This document shows positions 15,643-20,000 of a stretch of 20,000 bases of DNA, piece by piece; the first letter of the stretch is position 1; each line of letters starts with the position of its first letter. The DNA comes from an uncultured bacterium. Lineage in GTDB: Bacteria; B130-G9. Under the pieces are notes generated by a model. It searched no databases. It had not been told where the DNA came from and saw nothing but the letters and a program-made list of their open reading frames with translations. The DNA lies in assembly GCA_965372715.1 (NCBI GenBank), contig CBDVDH010000012.1, forward strand, positions 53,223 through 73,222, read 5' to 3'. Made by a program: the position numbers and the translations under genes.

Positions 15643-16524
15643 ATGGGATTGTGTATTTATGTAAACGGTGAGTTTGTGAGTGACAAGAAGAAAGCCGTGA
15701 CCTCTATCTACGATCACGGTTTTCTTTATGGCGACGGCATCTTCGAGGGTATTCGCGTCTATGACAGCCGCATATTCATGTTCGAGGAGCACATGAAACG
15801 GCTCTACGAGTCGGCCAAATCGATCGCCATGGACATCCCTATGTCGATAGATGAGCTTAGTAAGGTCACGATAGACACCGTGAGGCGAACAGGCTACAAG
15901 GACGCTTATATAAGGCTTGTCGTGTCGCGCGGCGAGGGGGACTTGGGGCTTGACCCCAGAAAATGCGGCACGCCCAGCATATTCATCATAGCCGACAGCA
16001 TTCAGCTGTATCCCAAAGAGAAATACGAGGTCGGCCTAAAGGTCATTACTTGCTCGACGAGGCGCAATAGCCCCGACGTCATCTGCCCTCAGATCAAGTC
16101 GCTCAACTACCTCAACAACATTTTGGCCAAGATCGAGGTGAACCGGGCCGGCGCTGATGAGGGGATAATGCTCAACCCACTAGGTTATGTGTGCGAGGCG
16201 ACCGCTGACAACATTTTTGTGATCAAGAACGGGCTGATTTCCACGCCGCCGCCCTATGTGGGTGTGTTGCTTGGGATTACCCGGCAGTGTGTTTTCGACA
16301 TTGCCAAGGAGCTCGGAATAGATATCGCTGAGACAAACATCGTCATGCACGACGTATATACGGCTGATGAGGTTTTCCTCACCGGGTCTGCCGCCGAATT
16401 CATCCCGGTTGTCAACGCAGATGACAGGATAATCGGCGACGGCAAACCTGGCCCGATCTTCAAGAGGCTCCTGGTCGAGTTCCGTGAGATGACGAAGCAT
16501 AGGGGGACGTTGGTTTACGATTGA
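15643..16524 (+). CDS. ilvE: Branched-chain amino acid aminotransferase (PLP fold type IV)
   Basis: Motifs DHGFLYGDGIFEGIRVY, YIRLVVSRGEGDLGLDP, IKSLNYLNNILAKIE, EATADNIF, LLGITR and ADEVFLTGSAAE; GGAGG RBS. Confidence 0.95.
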   Translation: MGLCIYVNGEFVSDKKKAVTSIYDHGFLYGDGIFEGIRVYDSRIFMFEEHMKRLYESAKSIAMDIPMSIDELSKVTIDTVRRTGYKDAYIRLVVSRGEGDLGLDPRKCGTPSIFIIADSIQLYPKEKYEVGLKVITCSTRRNSPDVICPQIKSLNYLNNILAKIEVNRAGADEGIMLNPLGYVCEATADNIFVIKNGLISTPPPYVGVLLGITRQCVFDIAKELGIDIAETNIVMHDVYTADEVFLTGSAAEFIPVVNADDRIIGDGKPGPIFKRLLVEFREMTKHRGTLVYD

Positions 16525-16566
16525 TATAGGTTGATATACGGCTGTCTTGCTTGTAAGGAGGTTTCT

Positions 16567-19119
16567 ATGATTGGTAAGGAGATGATAGCGAAAGCGGCGC
16601 TGCTCCTTCTTCTCGCGCTGTTTCTGCTCGGTGAGTTTGTGCCGACTTATGCAGCGCCGTTTTCGGCTTTCCCACTGACTAAGGAGCAGCTTGAGTCGCT
16701 GAAGATACGAGGCGAGCTCGAAGACGCGCTTGCCGCGCGGGACGCTTTTCTGGACGGAGTGAGAAGCAAGGAGTCGGGGCCAAGCACCGAGCGACTTTCG
16801 CTCGGCGAACGCCGGGCCTTGCTGATCCTGGTCGATTTTGAGGATAACCCTGCCGATTATGATGTTGAGCACTTTGAGGAGATGCTCTTCAGCGAGGGCG
16901 AGTATCCGACGGGGAGTTTCCGGGATTACTACCAGGAGACCTCCTACGAGCAGCTAGATGTTGAAGGGGACGTTGCGGGCTGGTATCGGATGCCGCAGGA
17001 CTACGCGTATTACGCCGGCGCCTACTACGGCTTTGGAGCGTACCCACGCAACGCCCAGCGGCTGGTAGAAGATGCGGTCGATGCGGCGGACCCCGACGTC
17101 GATTTCGCTGACTATGACAACAACAACGACGGCGTGGTCGATATGTTGATCGTGGTCCACGCGGGTGTAGAGGGGGCGGGTAATCCGGGTAATATCTGGT
17201 CACACGTCTCGGTTACGTATGGTTTCTTGGCTCACGATGGCGTCTATGTCTATAAGTATGCCATGTGTCCCGAGCTTTCCTCGATTGGGGTCTATTGCCA
17301 CGAGTTCGGCCACATTCTGGGGCTGCCGGACCTTTACGACACCGACTACACCTCGACGGGGCTAGGGTCTTGGTCGCTGATGGCTTCGGGCGCGCACAAT
17401 GACTATGGCCGGACGCCAGCCCATTTCGATGCCTGGTGCAAGGTCAAGCTCAAGTGGATAGAGCCCATAGTCGTCGAGGACAAGCTGACGGGGGCCTCGC
17501 TCCCCGCGGTCGAGAACGAGCCTGTGGTCTATAGGCTTTGGACAGATGGCGCGACCGAAAAGCAGTATTTCCTGGTCGAGAATCGGCAGAAGGTCGGCTT
17601 TGACGAGTATCTGCCGGGGGATGGCCTTCTCATCTATCACATTGACGACAACGTGCGAAACAACCGTGACGAGAACCATTACAGAGTCGCGGTCGAGCAG
17701 GCCGACGGTCGGCGCGACTTAGAATACGGGCGGAGTGCAGATAGGGGAGACCCGTTCCCCGGGTTCTCGGACAACAGACGGTTCGACAGCTTTTCTGACC
17801 CCAATAGCAAGGACTACCGTGGCCAGAAAACCCACGTCGAGGTGACAGCCATAAGCGATTCGGGACAGGAGATGACGGCGAATCTGGCCGTTGTCGAGAC
17901 TGCTCCTGACTTCCTGCTTGACGCCGTCAATATCGACGATGAGGACGACGGTTTGTTCTTGGCTGGTGAGCGGCTCTTTATGAGGTTCCGCGTCGAGAAC
18001 CGAGGCTTCAACGCCGGCTTTGTGAGCGGAACCTTGCGCACCGCGGACGAGTTCGTCACAGTGATTTCCGAAGATGTGTCTTTTCCTGGCATTGGCAGGG
18101 ACGAAAAAGTGTGGTCTGAGGAGGAGGCGGTAGTTGAGATCGCCTCAGACTGCCCGTGCCCATACGAGATCAACATGCACCTCGATCTTACGGCCGGTGC
18201 TTTTACAGCGTTCGTTGAGTTTGCATTCCACGTCTGCTCCACATTTGAGGAGACGTTCGAGGACACCGACGTCTTCTGGGCGCATCACGGCCTTTCAGGG
18301 AGCGACGATGAGTGGCACCAGTCGCCGCACCGGAACAGCACAGAAAACGGCATAAGGAGCGCCAAGTGCGGAAGCAAGAGCCGATTCGACGACTACGGCC
18401 GGAACCTCGACAACGCGCTCATCTCGCCGATAATAGGCATGAAGGAGGGCTCTGTGATCTCGTTTTCGTATTGGCTCGACGCCGAGGTTGACGCGGATGG
18501 TCTCGGGGTCGATGTCGGACTTGTCGAGGGGACCCAGGACGGCGAGACGTGGGTCGTTCTCTTCCCGGACACGGGCTACCCATCGACCGTGTCGAGCGCG
18601 GTGGATGTCCCCATACCGCCTGGTTCGCCCTGTTTCGCTGGTTCGACCGCCGGCTTTGAGCAGGTAACGATCACCTGCCCCGCAGAGCTACGCCTCCAGC
18701 AGTTTAGATTTCGCTTTCTGAGTAACGTTACTGCGGGCGAGGAGGGTTGGTATGTAGATGACGTTACCGTTACCCCACCCCCTAGCGTCTCGGAGCCCCC
18801 AGTCATCGTGGTGGGTGGGTTCATGCAGTCCCAGATGCTCGGCCCCGGGGAGACGCTCCGTGTTGTGGCCATGGTTCAGGCCCTCGGTGAGGGCAACTCG
18901 ATCGACCGGGTCGAGCTTCTCTTCGATGGGACCCCACTCGGGGTCATCCTGTCCGACGATGGCCTGAACGGGGACAATTTCTCCGGCGACGGCATCTATT
19001 CGACGCTTCTTGCTATACCCTATGGGACCCCACCGGGGCAATACATCCTCCACATAGTCGGGACCGACGCCCTAGGCCGACAAAGCGCGCCCTGGCCGCA
19101 GCTCTACGTCAGCCCCTAG
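16567..19119 (+). CDS. Secreted M6-family metalloprotease (immune inhibitor A-like) with Ig-like, jelly-roll and C-terminal anchor-type domains
   Basis: AAGGAGG RBS before ATG 16567; signal peptide; SFRDYYQETSY, VDFADYDNNNDGVVD, zinc motif HEFGHILGLPDLYD, WSLMASG, QYFLVENRQ, GLLIYHID, GWYVDDV and LSDDGLNGDNFSGDGIYS. Confidence 0.92.
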   Translation: MIGKEMIAKAALLLLLALFLLGEFVPTYAAPFSAFPLTKEQLESLKIRGELEDALAARDAFLDGVRSKESGPSTERLSLGERRALLILVDFEDNPADYDVEHFEEMLFSEGEYPTGSFRDYYQETSYEQLDVEGDVAGWYRMPQDYAYYAGAYYGFGAYPRNAQRLVEDAVDAADPDVDFADYDNNNDGVVDMLIVVHAGVEGAGNPGNIWSHVSVTYGFLAHDGVYVYKYAMCPELSSIGVYCHEFGHILGLPDLYDTDYTSTGLGSWSLMASGAHNDYGRTPAHFDAWCKVKLKWIEPIVVEDKLTGASLPAVENEPVVYRLWTDGATEKQYFLVENRQKVGFDEYLPGDGLLIYHIDDNVRNNRDENHYRVAVEQADGRRDLEYGRSADRGDPFPGFSDNRRFDSFSDPNSKDYRGQKTHVEVTAISDSGQEMTANLAVVETAPDFLLDAVNIDDEDDGLFLAGERLFMRFRVENRGFNAGFVSGTLRTADEFVTVISEDVSFPGIGRDEKVWSEEEAVVEIASDCPCPYEINMHLDLTAGAFTAFVEFAFHVCSTFEETFEDTDVFWAHHGLSGSDDEWHQSPHRNSTENGIRSAKCGSKSRFDDYGRNLDNALISPIIGMKEGSVISFSYWLDAEVDADGLGVDVGLVEGTQDGETWVVLFPDTGYPSTVSSAVDVPIPPGSPCFAGSTAGFEQVTITCPAELRLQQFRFRFLSNVTAGEEGWYVDDVTVTPPPSVSEPPVIVVGGFMQSQMLGPGETLRVVAMVQALGEGNSIDRVELLFDGTPLGVILSDDGLNGDNFSGDGIYSTLLAIPYGTPPGQYILHIVGTDALGRQSAPWPQLYVSP

Positions 19120-19190
19120 CTCTACCCGTGCCTCCGGATCGGGCCCCAAGATTCTCGGATTTGAGGCTCCTGCCTCTTGTGAGATTGAGC

Positions 19191-19225
19191 TTGACAATGG
19201 CGCTCCGAGAGCTTAGTGTTATAAT
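19191..19225 (+). promoter_or_regulatory. Strong putative promoter(s) for the 201-aa orphan
   Basis: TTGACA (19191-19196) with a 17-nt spacer to TAGTGT (19214-19219), overlapping a perfect extended -10 TGTTATAAT (19217-19225). Confidence 0.65.
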
Positions 19226-19279
19226 GTAAGGTTGATCCGCAATGAGTCAGGCAATCTAACGGCAAGGGAGGATTAGACG

Positions 19280-19885
19280 ATGCCAGCTTCAACCAAAATC
19301 TATTCATACGAGGCGGGACCCGACGCAGTTACTGCCAAGGGCGGGAGTATGCGCGATCCGATAACACTCGCCAATTTGGACGCGGACGGCACGGTCGGCG
19401 CCCATTTCTCGACCAGCGGCGAGAGCTCAAAGACCTACACGTGCGACTGTAACCTCGTCGTCGGCGCCTCGGACACGGACACGTTCTTTCGCATCCAGGA
19501 AGACGAAACGCTGATTCTCGCCTCGGGCAAGCAGCTGACCATGTTCCTTCAGGCGTTCAGGAACGACTTTGAGTTCAAGAACACGTTCTGGGCTCGATAC
19601 GCGAACGATCTGCCGAGCCAGATTCTGGGCGTGCAGAAATCCGGCATCCGCAAGATATTCTACCAGTTGCAGCTCACGCTCGGTTCTTCTGGAGGACTTG
19701 TCCCGTTGATCGGCTCGGGGGCCTCAGGAATCACATCTTGCGGGGTGCCGCTGCCCCCATCAGCGGGCGGCCCAAACCAGATGGGCGGCTTCAAGCTCGG
19801 AAACGTTCCGCCGCCGGCGGTCGAGGTTCCAGCGTCCGCGGTTCTCGTTATCGAGATGATCAAAGAGGGCGTCGTTCCGCTGTAA
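19280..19885 (+). CDS. Hypothetical protein, 201 aa
   Basis: AAGGGAGGA RBS, consistent G/C third-position codon usage, its own promoter and a downstream hairpin; no recognisable family motif and no signal peptide. Confidence 0.8.
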   Translation: MPASTKIYSYEAGPDAVTAKGGSMRDPITLANLDADGTVGAHFSTSGESSKTYTCDCNLVVGASDTDTFFRIQEDETLILASGKQLTMFLQAFRNDFEFKNTFWARYANDLPSQILGVQKSGIRKIFYQLQLTLGSSGGLVPLIGSGASGITSCGVPLPPSAGGPNQMGGFKLGNVPPPAVEVPASAVLVIEMIKEGVVPL

Positions 19886-19896
19886 GCGTAGTATTC

Positions 19897-19938
19897 CCCG
19901 TTTGTGGGCCTCGGCCTCAGCCGAGGCGCCACAGCGGG
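19897..19938 (+). other. GC-rich stem-loop downstream of the orphan gene (possible terminator or 3' stabiliser)
   Basis: TGTGG-GCCTCGGC-CTCA-GCCGAGGC-G-CCACA, extendable with CCCG/CGGG; no poly-U tail. Confidence 0.5.
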
Positions 19939-20000
19939 TCGGCTATCTAGTGTAGTGTAACACATTTCACTTGATGCTATTTTCGCTTTCTGTTATGAGT

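Overview
A moderately GC-rich bacterial chromosomal window. It begins with a cell-wall cluster: mreB-mreC followed directly by a class A PBP that runs off the left edge on the minus strand, with uppP transcribed divergently. Next is a translationally coupled minus-strand pair, the best candidate for an undescribed system. One gene is a 937-aa pyruvate phosphate dikinase (PPDK) homolog whose ATP-grasp and phospho-His motifs are intact but whose pyruvate/PEP site is remodelled; the other is a 459-aa uncharacterised partner. The rest holds a YdjM-type membrane metal-dependent hydrolase, a secreted clan-A glycoside hydrolase-like protein, two duplicated class I SAM methyltransferases flanking a thermonuclease, ilvE, an M6 metalloprotease and a 201-aa orphan with strong expression signals. 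Two copies of a ~367-bp three-layer nested inverted-repeat element each sit in a duplicated TA at the shared stop-codon junction of convergent genes. Several other REP/REPIN-like palindrome families are present. The two large secreted proteins share a C-terminal domain ending in 'WP-x-L', and in one of them a copy of this domain appears to be inserted inside another copy. All family calls come from motif recognition by eye; no database searches were run.
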